The notes below the pieces were generated by a model. That model was given only the letters and a program-made list of their open reading frames with translations, did no database searches and was not told the DNA's origin. A stretch of DNA of 64,000 nt from Calditrichota bacterium (GTDB lineage Bacteria > Calditrichota > Calditrichia > Calditrichales > J004), in the NCBI GenBank assembly GCA_963723365.1, contig CAVRRG010000079.1:1382-65381 (forward strand), written 5' to 3'. How positions within the stretch are numbered: position 1 is the first letter of the stretch; every line of letters begins with the position of its first letter. Position numbers and translations under genes: made by a program. Below are positions 19,401 through 27,671 of this stretch, in pieces.

Positions 19401-21758
19401 TTGGTCGCCATCTTCAGTACCCCTGGCAATGGACTCTGAAAATTCGGATGTACTGAGGGTTGCATCATTGTCGTTCAGTTTGGTTGCTGTTGAGCTCACC
19501 ACTTCACCATCAAAAAGCACAATATCCTTAAGATTGGCAATGATCTGCGCTGTTCCGGAGAAATCAGTGCTTACATTAATTTCATCGAGATAGCGTTTTC
19601 CTTCCCGGTTTTCGGTATTGCTGTTAGCAAAAAATTGGATTTTATAATTTTCCTGAGCAGGGCTATTCAGAATTCCCTGGATATAAGTACCACCTTTAAT
19701 CTCCGGTTCAGCTGTTACATCCCGCCATGTATAAAGAACATTAAGTATAGGATAGGCTTGAGAATCATTTGCGGGACTGTTTAGTTTTATTCCGTAATCA
19801 ATGTTATCAAAGATTGAATTGTTGAGTATCGAGTTATTATTTCCGGATTGAACAAAAATACCGGTCCCTGTTCCCTCAACTCCATTATTATAAATTGTAT
19901 TCTGTTCTACTAAGTTATTATGTCCATTTATAACAAGACCGTGGCTGGAATTGGCAAAAATTTCATTTTCCCAAAGTCGGTTTTCGGAAGCTGTTAAAGA
20001 CACACCAAAATTTAAGTTTCCTGAAACAGTATTCCTTGTGAATTCCACAATCGTATTTGATATAGAAACACCGCCAAGACCGTTAGACTTAATTTTATTA
20101 TCCGTTATTTGATTTCCATTACCCGAATTGACTAATAATCCCCAACCGGAATTTTCATTTACAAAATTTCCACTCAGGTTGCTATTATTGCCTGCGATAA
20201 CCAGACCATCACCCAGATTTTCTGAAATTGTATTTCCGGAAATGGTACTGCTCTCTAATGAATTTACAGATACCCCAACACCAGGGTTTTGGTAAATGGA
20301 ATTAGTGCTTATAGTTGCGGAACCATCTAAAAACGAAATACCGCCCATGTTATTCGAACTTAATGTGTTGTTTGCAATATTATTTCCGTTCCCGCCGTTA
20401 ATTAGAATTCCATAGCCGTTATTAGTATGGATATCATTAGCCTGTGTTAACCCGATCTGGTTATTCAATGCGCCTGCATTAACAGAGATACCATGACTAA
20501 AAGAATTAGATATAACATTGCCGTTGATAAGATTTTGTGGTGAATGGATTGATATCCCTGAAAGGCGGTTGGCAATAATATTGTTAGCGCCCGTAGCAGA
20601 AAGTTTTAAACTAAAATCTGCGGGGTTATTAATATCAAGTCCTTTTATTGTACTTGCACCGCCATCAATCAGCAAGGATGCAAAAGAACCAACAATCTTT
20701 ACTATGGCTGATCCGTTGTATCCTTTTTGAGTAGTACCATCCAGAATTAACGATTCAGTAATGGGTGGAAGATCGCTTAATGGCTGGATAACCGGTTCAC
20801 TTTCCTTTATATAAAAATAGACAATTTGTTGCCCGGGCAGAGCGTTTGTTTCCTCAATGGCAGATCTTAAGGTAACCTTGCCGTTGGTAGTGGTTGCGCT
20901 TCCATTACCCGGCAAAGCATCAGGCTCATCTAAAGTAGAATTGACAATTATGAAAGGTAATTTTTTACTAGGGACAATCTGCTGGATATTGTTTACATGT
21001 AAATGATTTTTATTATCAGATAAATCAAGCAGGAGGTTGGCAGGACTAATTTCTTTAAAAGACCATTGGCCAGTTGAATACTGTTTTATTGAGGCTGGGA
21101 AATTTTCTGCCGGATTTCCGTTACCGCCTGAATTATTAATATTATTATCACCTAAAGCGCGATCAAAAATCCTTACTTCATCTATCACTCCTTTAAAAGC
21201 CGCCTCATCTGATTTTCCAATAAATAACCCGCTGGAATTAGAGACAGTATAACCCGGGTCTATTTCATAGGTAAGGCTTGAAACCATATCACCATTTAAA
21301 TAGATTTTAAGAGTATTGCCATCATAGGAGCCTGTTAAGGCAACCCAACCGAATGCATCAAATTCTGGTGTTTCAACCGGATCAAAATCTGAAACGGAGA
21401 AATATCCCTTGTTGTTAAGAAGATAAAGCGAAAATGTTGTTCCACCATTAACAGCACGGTAGACTACAGGTATTTCAATATTGGCGGGTGTATCTCCTAA
21501 AAGGTAAATCCAGGCCTGCACAGTTATTTGGTTATTGTGTATATCACTGTTAAAAAATGAAAAGCCATTTTGTATGGCATCCTCATTGGCAGGAAAACCG
21601 TCGTTAACATATGCCTGGCTCGATTCACCATTAAAGACAAAGGCATTATTTTCATTTTGTGCAAAAGTATTAGTGAACAGGTTTAAAACAATGATGGTAG
21701 TTAATATATAAATATTTTTAAATGAAACGCTTTTCATAGGATCCTCATTATATTGCAA
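16491..21758 (-). CDS. Giant mosaic T9SS cargo: LamG, parallel beta-helix (PbH1) repeats, zinc metalloprotease (HEIGHFSGLAD), vWA-like domain, GLDWQG hexapeptide repeat, helical region, T9SS C-terminal domain
   Basis: Motifs read from the translation. The likely true start is the internal MKSVSFKNIYILTT... signal peptide at nt 21737. C-terminal NYPNPFNPITKINYQ...GIYFYRF...RLLLLK. Confidence 0.85.
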   Translation of the reverse strand: MQYNEDPMKSVSFKNIYILTTIIVLNLFTNTFAQNENNAFVFNGESSQAYVNDGFPANEDAIQNGFSFFNSDIHNNQITVQAWIYLLGDTPANIEIPVVYRAVNGGTTFSLYLLNNKGYFSVSDFDPVETPEFDAFGWVALTGSYDGNTLKIYLNGDMVSSLTYEIDPGYTVSNSSGLFIGKSDEAAFKGVIDEVRIFDRALGDNNINNSGGNGNPAENFPASIKQYSTGQWSFKEISPANLLLDLSDNKNHLHVNNIQQIVPSKKLPFIIVNSTLDEPDALPGNGSATTTNGKVTLRSAIEETNALPGQQIVYFYIKESEPVIQPLSDLPPITESLILDGTTQKGYNGSAIVKIVGSFASLLIDGGASTIKGLDINNPADFSLKLSATGANNIIANRLSGISIHSPQNLINGNVISNSFSHGISVNAGALNNQIGLTQANDIHTNNGYGILINGGNGNNIANNTLSSNNMGGISFLDGSATISTNSIYQNPGVGVSVNSLESSTISGNTISENLGDGLVIAGNNSNLSGNFVNENSGWGLLVNSGNGNQITDNKIKSNGLGGVSISNTIVEFTRNTVSGNLNFGVSLTASENRLWENEIFANSSHGLVINGHNNLVEQNTIYNNGVEGTGTGIFVQSGNNNSILNNSIFDNIDYGIKLNSPANDSQAYPILNVLYTWRDVTAEPEIKGGTYIQGILNSPAQENYKIQFFANSNTENREGKRYLDEINVSTDFSGTAQIIANLKDIVLFDGEVVSSTATKLNDNDATLSTSEFSESIARGTEDGDQYIVNTTLAGIPLHWKNGNGDYHIASSLIETGYDNAVRNGFNTWSGLNQLAYTETNFINTEKWGGNADGVNNIVWLPSSAQWEDSTEAPSNVVAVTRVRYNSLNGEMIDIDIAFNGDPISLTTGEHRVWGNDGADYKLDIQNVATHEIGHFSGLADLYNPGDANYQPDMGNNNQPATMYGRIDQGELYKRDLHPLTFSDQSLVTQYDIGGINHIYDNLSAVLYDIVFVFDGSTNFTSAEVLNGFTPAKKSAIEMLFRLRNGDRIGVVNGSGQSLAVSSDIGTVYNYLDNLSPNPTANLADRITEAGNLLASNSGNNKIIILFSAGEVYPFTLITEDLSLSPDIKVYTMGFQEVNNGQDLMSWLANETGGEYYQIASSTEIPTAVKIIWLRLLGLQVSYLSEEISSDFFNSENGLDWQGGLDWQGALAWEGGLDWQGGLDWQGGLDWQGGLDWQGGLDWQGGLDWQGGTLEMGLDWQGSEYDLIVLPPDVFLTDPDLIPEGAITEDNYTMSDYNVEFFNGYQDGQNYPYKFFRIHNPNIGQWRYALIEKVAPDSTEMLRVYMANESDLVLKFKTDQERYTLQEDETGQPIPILVRLEANLFQGGESSGLNDHTVTEGEAIDDALVSVEVTSPDGQKVVGFLENNGDGNYSISLSTTLLGNYDISVIASDNIPSGNRNNSQYITTAEHSFFISPYNEPTELTGALYIQFALEELTAVIDAYCPTRKDCGLDKNTERNLNSAITLISSALGYFENDGNHLNTKKGLTFYDKITSAVNDIYAYISEPDFGKNIEQSIFYLKEGSYKLAVIVRDEAELDGACTQSNCEELLKNVNKELGKALLESKQNNYVFIFNHLTNAWKFAINSLGINLRKTTTNNSNFNTSQLPAEFSLSQNYPNPFNPITKINYQIPRKGWVSLKVYDLQGKLISTLLSQEMEPGYYSTQWNAGGLASGIYFYRFESGSFVSTKRLLLLK
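17974..18170 (-). repeat. In-frame 18-bp tandem repeat, 11 units, encoding (G)LDWQG hexapeptides
   Basis: Plus-strand units alternate ccctgccagtccagacca and ccttgccaatccaaacc. Translation: LDWQG x2, LAWEG, LDWQG x6, TLEMG, LDWQG. Confidence 0.9.
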
Positions 21759-21793
21759 CAGGTGTGTTTTAATTAAGTAATAATGGCTATAAG

Positions 21794-22288
21794 TTATTCT
21801 TCATTTATATAGCTTTGTATTTGTGCTTTAAGAGCCCTTATCCCCATATTGCCATCTGAAATTTTTCCCTTTGATTTTGTCTTATTGAAAACTTTAATTT
21901 TTCCTTCATTTCCATTAAGAATTTTATAACTATTATTCTTTTTGTCCTTTTTAAGGAATACTAATACTTCTTCCTTATCAGATAAGGTTGGCGCATGCGA
22001 ATATAGCTCTCCTATTTCTCCTACTTCTCCACCCATATAGGTAATTTCCACGGATTTTTTCTTTGTGTCTCCTTTTAAGTACTCGTCTACCTGAAGTGTT
22101 GCCTTGGTATAGATTCTCGTTTTTGCTTCATTCCAGTCTGACTTTTTTTGAGTGACTTTACCGGTCAATATTATATCTGCTTCTTTAGAGAGTTTTTTTA
22201 GTTTTGCAGCCTCCGGCTGAGCGTATGCTGATAGACTAATCCCACAAATTAACATCACGATAAAAGTCGCTTTTTGCATGTTCAACAT
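21794..22288 (-). CDS. Small Lys-rich secreted protein of unknown function, probably co-transcribed with the giant cargo gene
   Basis: Signal peptide (ATFIVMLICGISLSAYAQ). Only a 35-nt gap to the next gene on the same strand. Confidence 0.55.
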   Translation of the reverse strand: MLNMQKATFIVMLICGISLSAYAQPEAAKLKKLSKEADIILTGKVTQKKSDWNEAKTRIYTKATLQVDEYLKGDTKKKSVEITYMGGEVGEIGELYSHAPTLSDKEEVLVFLKKDKKNNSYKILNGNEGKIKVFNKTKSKGKISDGNMGIRALKAQIQSYINEE

Positions 22289-22534
22289 TGTTTTGTTCTC
22301 CTTAACATTTTGTATTTAGTGCTCATTAAAAAAAAATAGTCAAAATATCTTAACAACGATTGTATTCTGTTTGTGTGACACATGTTGCTGGGTTTTTAAA
22401 AAGTTATTGTAGTGCCAACCAATATATTCTTTCAAAAATTTCCATTTTTTAAAATTAAATACTTTTTAGGGAAGACCTGGTATAATGCATTGAATCACCT
22501 AACGTACAGGCTTCGGCTAGAAACGAGGTGAGAT

Positions 22535-22562
22535 AAAAAAAAAGCTCGCCGCGGCGAGCTTT
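22535..22562 (-). terminator. Rho-independent terminator: 10-bp GC-rich stem AAAGCTCGCC/GGCGAGCTTT followed by a T9 run on the minus strand
   Basis: Read directly from the sequence. It sits 8 nt after the tRNA-Phe 3'-half remnant, mirroring the terminator after the intact tRNA-Phe. Confidence 0.6.
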
Positions 22563-22570
22563 AAGGTGTG

Positions 22571-22606
22571 TGGCTCTTCCCAGAACTGAATCACACGGAT
22601 TTTCAG
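22571..22606 (-). other. Degenerate copy of the 3' half of tRNA-Phe (anticodon loop to acceptor 3' end); candidate att-site remnant
   Basis: 15/15 identity (CTGAAAATCCGTGTG) with 26675-26689 of the intact tRNA, then a 6-nt gap, then 16/20 identity over the T-loop/acceptor (TTCAGTTCTGGGAAGAGCCA vs TTCAATTCCGGGAGGCGCCA). Same orientation as the tRNA. Confidence 0.55.
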
Positions 22607-22735
22607 ACTTACGAAATTTTATGTAACTTCAATAAAAACAATAACTTTTATTTATATGATCTACAATTCATAATGTCTATAGTTTTCAATGATTTACAAG
22701 AATTGTCCGCACCATCAAATGCCCCTTGAAAAATG

Positions 22736-23707
22736 TTACTTTAAAACTACCATTTTCTTTACCTGCTGAAATCCACCCGACTTGATTCTGTAAAAATATA
22801 TTCCTGAGGGTAGATCATGAGCATTAAAATCTAGGGCATGATCCCCAGCTGTCATAGATCTGTTTAGAAGTATGAGCTCTTTTTGACCAAGCGCGTTAAA
22901 AATCGTAATGGTAGTATTCCCTGGTTGGGCCAGAGAAAATTTTATTGTAGTTGACGGGTTAAACGGATTGGGGTGATTCTGTGCCAGAGAAAATTTAGAT
23001 GGTAAAGCAGAACTTATTTTATTATGGCTTACATCTGTTATTAAAGCCCCATGTAACAAGCCATGATTAGTGTGAACGCTGAGATCATAAACAGAATCAT
23101 TTATTACTTCTTCAAATTGCCAATAACCAACCAAGCCACTGTCTGCAGAGTTATAATAAATTGATCCGAGGGTGCTATTCATCGTAGACTGGATTTCTGC
23201 CTGAGTACGTTCCCTGTTCCAGATACGGACTTCATCAATACTTCCGATAAAGTATGCATTTGCACCATTAGATATGTTTCCTATAAACAGGTTCAGGCCC
23301 GTATTTACAATGCTTTGCTGGCTATTTATCCCTGTGGCCACAGGAATTCCGTTAAAATATATGGCTGAATTAACACCGTCGTAGGTCATAGCAATATGCG
23401 TCCACTGCCCAACCAAACTGCTGGCGGTATAAGCTGCTCGTTGTGACTGATTGATAGTTAACCAGGCTTCGTCAATTAAAAAGTCCATTTCATAACCCGA
23501 ACCACTTCCATATTTAGAAATTATTCGAGAGTTGCTAATTGCCGATGTATTTACCCAAGCCTCAAGAGTTAGCGCGTCGTTTATATTCAAACTTGCGTCA
23601 TTGCCACAATCCACATAATCATTACCATCAAGAAGCAGGACGCTACCGAAAGGCTGCGCCCAAATAGGGCTGGATAATATTAAAAAAAGCAAAATTTGTT
23701 TTATCAT
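22736..23707 (-). CDS. T9SS-sorted LamG/concanavalin-like lectin domain protein
   Basis: Signal peptide. LamG_3-type motifs (LDGNDYVDCGND...LTLEAWVN...IDEVRIWNRERTQAEI). C-terminal NHPNPFNPSTTIKF...GIYFYRI...MVVLK. Confidence 0.8.
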   Translation of the reverse strand: MIKQILLFLILSSPIWAQPFGSVLLLDGNDYVDCGNDASLNINDALTLEAWVNTSAISNSRIISKYGSGSGYEMDFLIDEAWLTINQSQRAAYTASSLVGQWTHIAMTYDGVNSAIYFNGIPVATGINSQQSIVNTGLNLFIGNISNGANAYFIGSIDEVRIWNRERTQAEIQSTMNSTLGSIYYNSADSGLVGYWQFEEVINDSVYDLSVHTNHGLLHGALITDVSHNKISSALPSKFSLAQNHPNPFNPSTTIKFSLAQPGNTTITIFNALGQKELILLNRSMTAGDHALDFNAHDLPSGIYFYRIKSGGFQQVKKMVVLK

Positions 23708-23907
23708 CTTTTTCCCTCCTTATACCCTTTTTGGTAATAAATCATGCTAATATAATTAATTCTCATAATCAAGGTGAGCGATTGTAATCCTAGCAGCTCC
23801 CCCAAGGGTATATCGCGGAAACAAGGACTTAAGTGTTCGGTTTAGCGCAATCTATTTTAATATCGTAGTAAGATTAAAATTTAAAGAAATTAATAACCAT
23901 TAATTCA

Positions 23908-24888
23908 TTAGATCTCTACTACAATTTTACCTTTTGCCCTGTTATCTTCCATATATTGATGAGCTGCTTGAACATCATCAAGTTTATAAATCCGGTCAAT
24001 GGTTAACTGAATATTACCTTTTTCTACCTGGTCAATGAATTCCTGAAGTAATTCTTTAGAAAGATTTTTTGAATCGCCCATATAAACCGTCAATCTGCCA
24101 AGTGATGGAATGTCTCCCATCGGTGTGAAATCAGACACAGTCCACTCGTTTCCTAATATTCCTGTCATACAAACCATTCCTTTATGTCCAATGCATTTCA
24201 ATGAATCTTTCAAAGTCCTTGTACCGATTAGTTCTAATACTTTATTAACACCGTTTGGAAAGCTACTTTTCAGCTCATCATGAATGTTACCGCTATCAAT
24301 TATTACTTTATCAGCGCCATTTTTTAGCAATGTTTTTTGTTTATCAGGATTCCTTGTTGTTGAAATGACCGTTAATTTTTGAGATTTTGCTAATTGACAA
24401 GCCAGCATACCGATCGATGAAGTGCCGCCACGTATTAGTAAAGTTTCACCAGAATTAATCTCTAAAGCCTGGTTAAGTGATCCAGATACGGTTTGAAACA
24501 TTTCCGGGATGGCACCCAAGATAGACCATGCAAGAGAACTACGGAATGGAAAAACTATTTCTAAGGGTACAAGTACATATTCAGCATATCCGCCATCAAA
24601 AAAACGACCCATCCCGCCCATAATTGCTGCAACTTGTTGACCTTTTTTATATGTGTTTGAAGGGTCCTTTTCTACAATACCGACACACTCAATGCCCTGA
24701 ATCCTTGGAAACTCTACTCCGGGTGAATCACCCCGACGTGTAAATAGTTCCGATCGATTTAGACCAAATGCTTTTACCTGGATAAGTATCCAACCTGGTT
24801 TTATATAAGGCTTAGGTACTTCCTTTATTTCAATTTCACCCGGGTTCCCTGCCTTTGTTGTTATTGCTGCCTTCATTTTATTATCCAT
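23908..24888 (-). CDS. Medium-chain dehydrogenase/reductase (zinc-type alcohol dehydrogenase / NADPH:quinone oxidoreductase family)
   Basis: GWILIQVKAFGLNRSELFTRRG...FPRIQGIECVGIV and the Rossmann segment GETLLIRGGTSSIGMLACQLAK. Confidence 0.85.
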   Translation of the reverse strand: MDNKMKAAITTKAGNPGEIEIKEVPKPYIKPGWILIQVKAFGLNRSELFTRRGDSPGVEFPRIQGIECVGIVEKDPSNTYKKGQQVAAIMGGMGRFFDGGYAEYVLVPLEIVFPFRSSLAWSILGAIPEMFQTVSGSLNQALEINSGETLLIRGGTSSIGMLACQLAKSQKLTVISTTRNPDKQKTLLKNGADKVIIDSGNIHDELKSSFPNGVNKVLELIGTRTLKDSLKCIGHKGMVCMTGILGNEWTVSDFTPMGDIPSLGRLTVYMGDSKNLSKELLQEFIDQVEKGNIQLTIDRIYKLDDVQAAHQYMEDNRAKGKIVVEI

Positions 24889-24986
24889 TCTTCATCCAAC
24901 AACATCTGCTATCTGAATTATTCCTTTTAACTAACTCTAAATTGCCGGATAATTGATGAATAATAAAATTCTCAACGCTGTTAAGT

Positions 24987-25685
24987 TCATTGAAACTCAT
25001 TTAATACCATACCGATGTTTTGCATGATCCTAGCAAACCGAACCATCTGCGTTGCGGGTTCTAAATGGATCTGGATAGCCTCCTGTAAATTTGCATTGCC
25101 TTCTATCAATTTTAACTGATAGACGATATATTGCTTTACTATCTGGTCTGAACCCAAAATATCATCTGTCCATTTTATCCGGTTATCAAGCAAATAAACA
25201 ATATCTTCAAAATGTTTACTTTGTCTGGGATCTTCATCTCTGTCATGATAGGCAGTAAATTTTGATGCTAAAAAATAGGGAAAAGGTAAAATGTTAATTT
25301 CTTTATCATTCAATTTATGTTTGATAATATCTTTGAAACCCAGCTCAAACCATTTATCACCCGGTGCCCATCCAATTTCTTTTGTGGCCATTACGTCAAC
25401 TAAAATTGTGTTAATTACAAAGCGGCAGATAACATTTTCGTCCTGAGCATGTTTAAAGCCTTTTTTATTCAGCTTCTTTTCCAGTTCCTGCAATTCAGCT
25501 TGGCTAGCAATTTCAAAAACTAAATCTATATCTCGAGTAGGACGCACATCCATTGCAGTAGGTTCATCAGCATACAGCGATACAACAGCACCACCAACCA
25601 CAGCAACTTGATCAGCAAGCTCATCAAGAGCATCTATAACTTCTTCTATCGCTCTAACAACCTTTTCCCTGGTTGGTTTGTGCAT
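24987..25685 (-). CDS. Minimal nucleotidyltransferase-fold protein, AbiEii/AbiGii-like candidate toxin
   Basis: NTase signature VVGGAVVSLY(x13)TRDIDLVFEI (hGG..., DxD). Its start abuts the stop of the upstream wHTH gene. Confidence 0.55.
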   Translation of the reverse strand: MHKPTREKVVRAIEEVIDALDELADQVAVVGGAVVSLYADEPTAMDVRPTRDIDLVFEIASQAELQELEKKLNKKGFKHAQDENVICRFVINTILVDVMATKEIGWAPGDKWFELGFKDIIKHKLNDKEINILPFPYFLASKFTAYHDRDEDPRQSKHFEDIVYLLDNRIKWTDDILGSDQIVKQYIVYQLKLIEGNANLQEAIQIHLEPATQMVRFARIMQNIGMVLNEFQ

Positions 25686-26198
25686 TTACAGTATCCGTTT
25701 TTTTAATTCTTCGATTGCAATTTTTTGTTCCCTTACCCGTCCCACACGCAAAGCATCAACAAGAGCTAAGAGTTCGTATAATCGCGAATCTATCTTACAA
25801 GCCTGCGGAACATTTGGATACAGCGGTTCAACCAACTGTCCACGGTGATCACCTTTGGCGTATGGCCATACAAAATATTCTTTACTTTGAATTTCTTTGT
25901 TTAAAGGCGGTGCACTCTGGGCTGTAAGCATGCCTCTTTGGATGGGTCCGGGTTCAGCAGGAAAAGCATAGCGCAAACCATATTGTAAAAAATCAATAAG
26001 ATTACTTTTCATCAGCATTTTCTTGTCAGCAGAAAGAAGAGTAGCCAGTTTTGAGCGATTCAAGGATTCACTGACTTCGCTTGCACTGATGTTGAGTTCA
26101 ACAGCCAAATCTTTAGCTAGCCATTGTTTATCTTTAAGAGTAGCAATTTTTAATAAAATAACAATATCCTGTGGCCGCATACCTTTATGTTGTTTCAT
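25686..26198 (-). CDS. Winged-helix DNA-binding protein, AbiEi-like candidate antitoxin/regulator
   Basis: N-terminal wHTH-like segment (DIVILLKIATLKDKQWLAKDLAVELNISASEVSESLNRS). First gene of a two-gene unit with the NTase. Confidence 0.5.
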   Translation of the reverse strand: MKQHKGMRPQDIVILLKIATLKDKQWLAKDLAVELNISASEVSESLNRSKLATLLSADKKMLMKSNLIDFLQYGLRYAFPAEPGPIQRGMLTAQSAPPLNKEIQSKEYFVWPYAKGDHRGQLVEPLYPNVPQACKIDSRLYELLALVDALRVGRVREQKIAIEELKKRIL

Positions 26199-26210
26199 AT
26201 TAGTTCCTTA

Positions 26211-26236
26211 AATTCGTGATTCGCGATTCGCGAATT
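26211..26236. promoter_or_regulatory. Three tandem ATTCG(T/C)G heptads ending in the palindrome ATTCGCGAAT; candidate operator of the wHTH/NTase operon
   Basis: Read directly: aATTCGTGATTCGCGATTCGCGAATt, 13-38 nt upstream of the wHTH start codon. The outer inverted repeat is AATTCG...CGAATT. Confidence 0.3.
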
Positions 26237-26610
26237 GCAAATTACTTATAATAGATGGTCTTTTCAACCCTGTCAGGAGGATTTATTATATCCGGGTTCT
26301 CTAGAGAGAGAAATTTCTGAAATCAGTACTAAATATTTCTTTGAGATACTAAAGGACACTCGGATAAACAATCCGTTGACTCCCAAAGAAAACTCGAAGT
26401 ACGAAATTCTAAATTCTAAACAAAATATTAAATCTCATCTAAACTTTTTGTATTCCTGATAATCGCTCCATTAAAATTTGATTAAATCTTCAGATTTACA
26501 AATAAATACCATTTCATCAATTATTAATCTTTGGATTAGTTTAAGGTAATTGGGATTTGGATCACGCCGGTAGGCGGATCAGTCTACCGACTGATTTAGT
26601 GCTTAGAGTT

Positions 26611-26640
26611 AAAAAATCCCGACGAGATCGGGATCTTTTT
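26611..26640 (-). terminator. Rho-independent terminator after tRNA-Phe (stem ATCCCGA/TCGGGAT, T-runs on both strands)
   Basis: aaaaaATCCCGAcgagaTCGGGATcttttt, starting 8 nt downstream of the tRNA 3' end. Confidence 0.7.
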
Positions 26641-26647
26641 ATTGGAG

Positions 26648-26720
<73 letters not shown>

Positions 26721-26803
26721 ATATTTTACTAGAGCAGGCAATATAAATGTTTCAAATTTTCATTGCAACTTGTTTTTATTACTCACATCTATTCATTCTT
26801 CGC

Positions 26804-27286
26804 TTATTGCAGCAGGCTTTCCAGATCAACTTTATGCCCCGTCGGCACATCACAACATTCAAAATGAACACCTTTCTTGGATGCACCTTTTAAAGGATTC
26901 TATTTCTTCTTTATTTAAATAAAGATAGGGTAAAAAATTCTCGCGGCCTTCTTTAAAATGTATGCCACCAACGTTTATATTGCGCAATTGCTAAAGCCTT
27001 CATTAACCAATGCTTCAATTACATCCGGACCATTTACCAAAACAATGGTTTTTGATAAATCCTGACCAGGCTGCCTGAGATATTCAATCGTTCCTTTAAC
27101 ATCCAGAATTTTTGTCTCCAGGTAATCCGGCGCACAGGAGGCATAGAGCTCTTTTTCCCATTCATTTTCAAAAACGGAGTTATCACAAAGAATAATTGTT
27201 TTTGAATTCAATACCGTAGCCCAGCCAATAACCACCTGGCCGTGAATCAAACGGTCATCAATTCTGAAAAGTTGAACATCATTCAT
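26804..27286 (-). CDS. PTS mannose-family EIIB component, interrupted by two frameshifts (assembly error or pseudogene)
   Basis: FRIDDRLIHGQVVIGW (phospho-His motif) in ORF 26975-27286. My translation of the other frames continues with ...NVGGIHFKEGRENFLPYLYLNKEEIESFKRCIQE / GVHFECCDVPTGHKVDLESLLQ*. Confidence 0.75.
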
Positions 27287-27671
27287 TTTACAATCTTAAT
27301 TGATTTAATCGCATCCTGCTCTACTTTTTCCAGCAGTTCCGGCCATTCCATTCTATCCAGATTTGTTGAAAAAGAAACCAATCCCGGGATATTAATACCG
27401 GCTATAACAGCAATATTATCCCTGTCCTTTTTTAATACTTAAAGCTGCACGCCAGCAGCTGCCGCCTACAAGATCAACAAAAATCACCGTCTTTTCAGGA
27501 CTGCAATTTTTCTATCTGCTCAACTACTTCCATAACTATGTCATCAATATCTTTTTGCTGGTTGGAATAAGTCAGAACCGGAATGTCTAAAGGCAAAAGT
27601 TTTTGCGACGCTTCTTTGAACTCCGCGGCAAGGTTAGCATGGGTAATAATTACACTTAAATAATTTTTCAT
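27283..27671 (-). CDS. PTS mannose-family EIIA component, interrupted by two frameshifts. Not in the ORF track as one ORF
   Basis: My translation across three frames: MKNYLSVIITHANLAAEFKEASQKLLP... / ...KTVIFVDLVGGSCWRAALSIKKGQ / DNIAVIAGINIPGLVSF...KSIKIVK*. This matches the ManX-IIA pattern (ITH.., D..GGS, IAG.N.P). ATGA overlaps with hprK upstream and EIIB downstream. Confidence 0.7.

Noticed and set aside
22478-22486. Perfect extended -10 box TGGTATAAT on the plus strand, suggesting a small RNA ending at the 22541-22562 hairpin
   Set aside because: The hairpin has its T-run on the minus strand only. No -35 element or conserved structure is visible, and the promoter consensus of this lineage is unknown to me.
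26235-26459. 74-aa plus-strand ORF between the wHTH gene and tRNA-Phe
   Set aside because: It has no RBS and no recognisable motif, its start lies within the putative operator/promoter region of the divergent operon, and its composition looks non-coding.
26561-26610. Second tRNA suspected downstream of tRNA-Phe, because of a D-arm-like TCAGTCGGTAGACTGA on the minus strand
   Set aside because: I could not fold a cloverleaf: there is no anticodon arm, T-arm or acceptor pairing. The region forms two simple adjacent hairpins only, and their significance is unknown.
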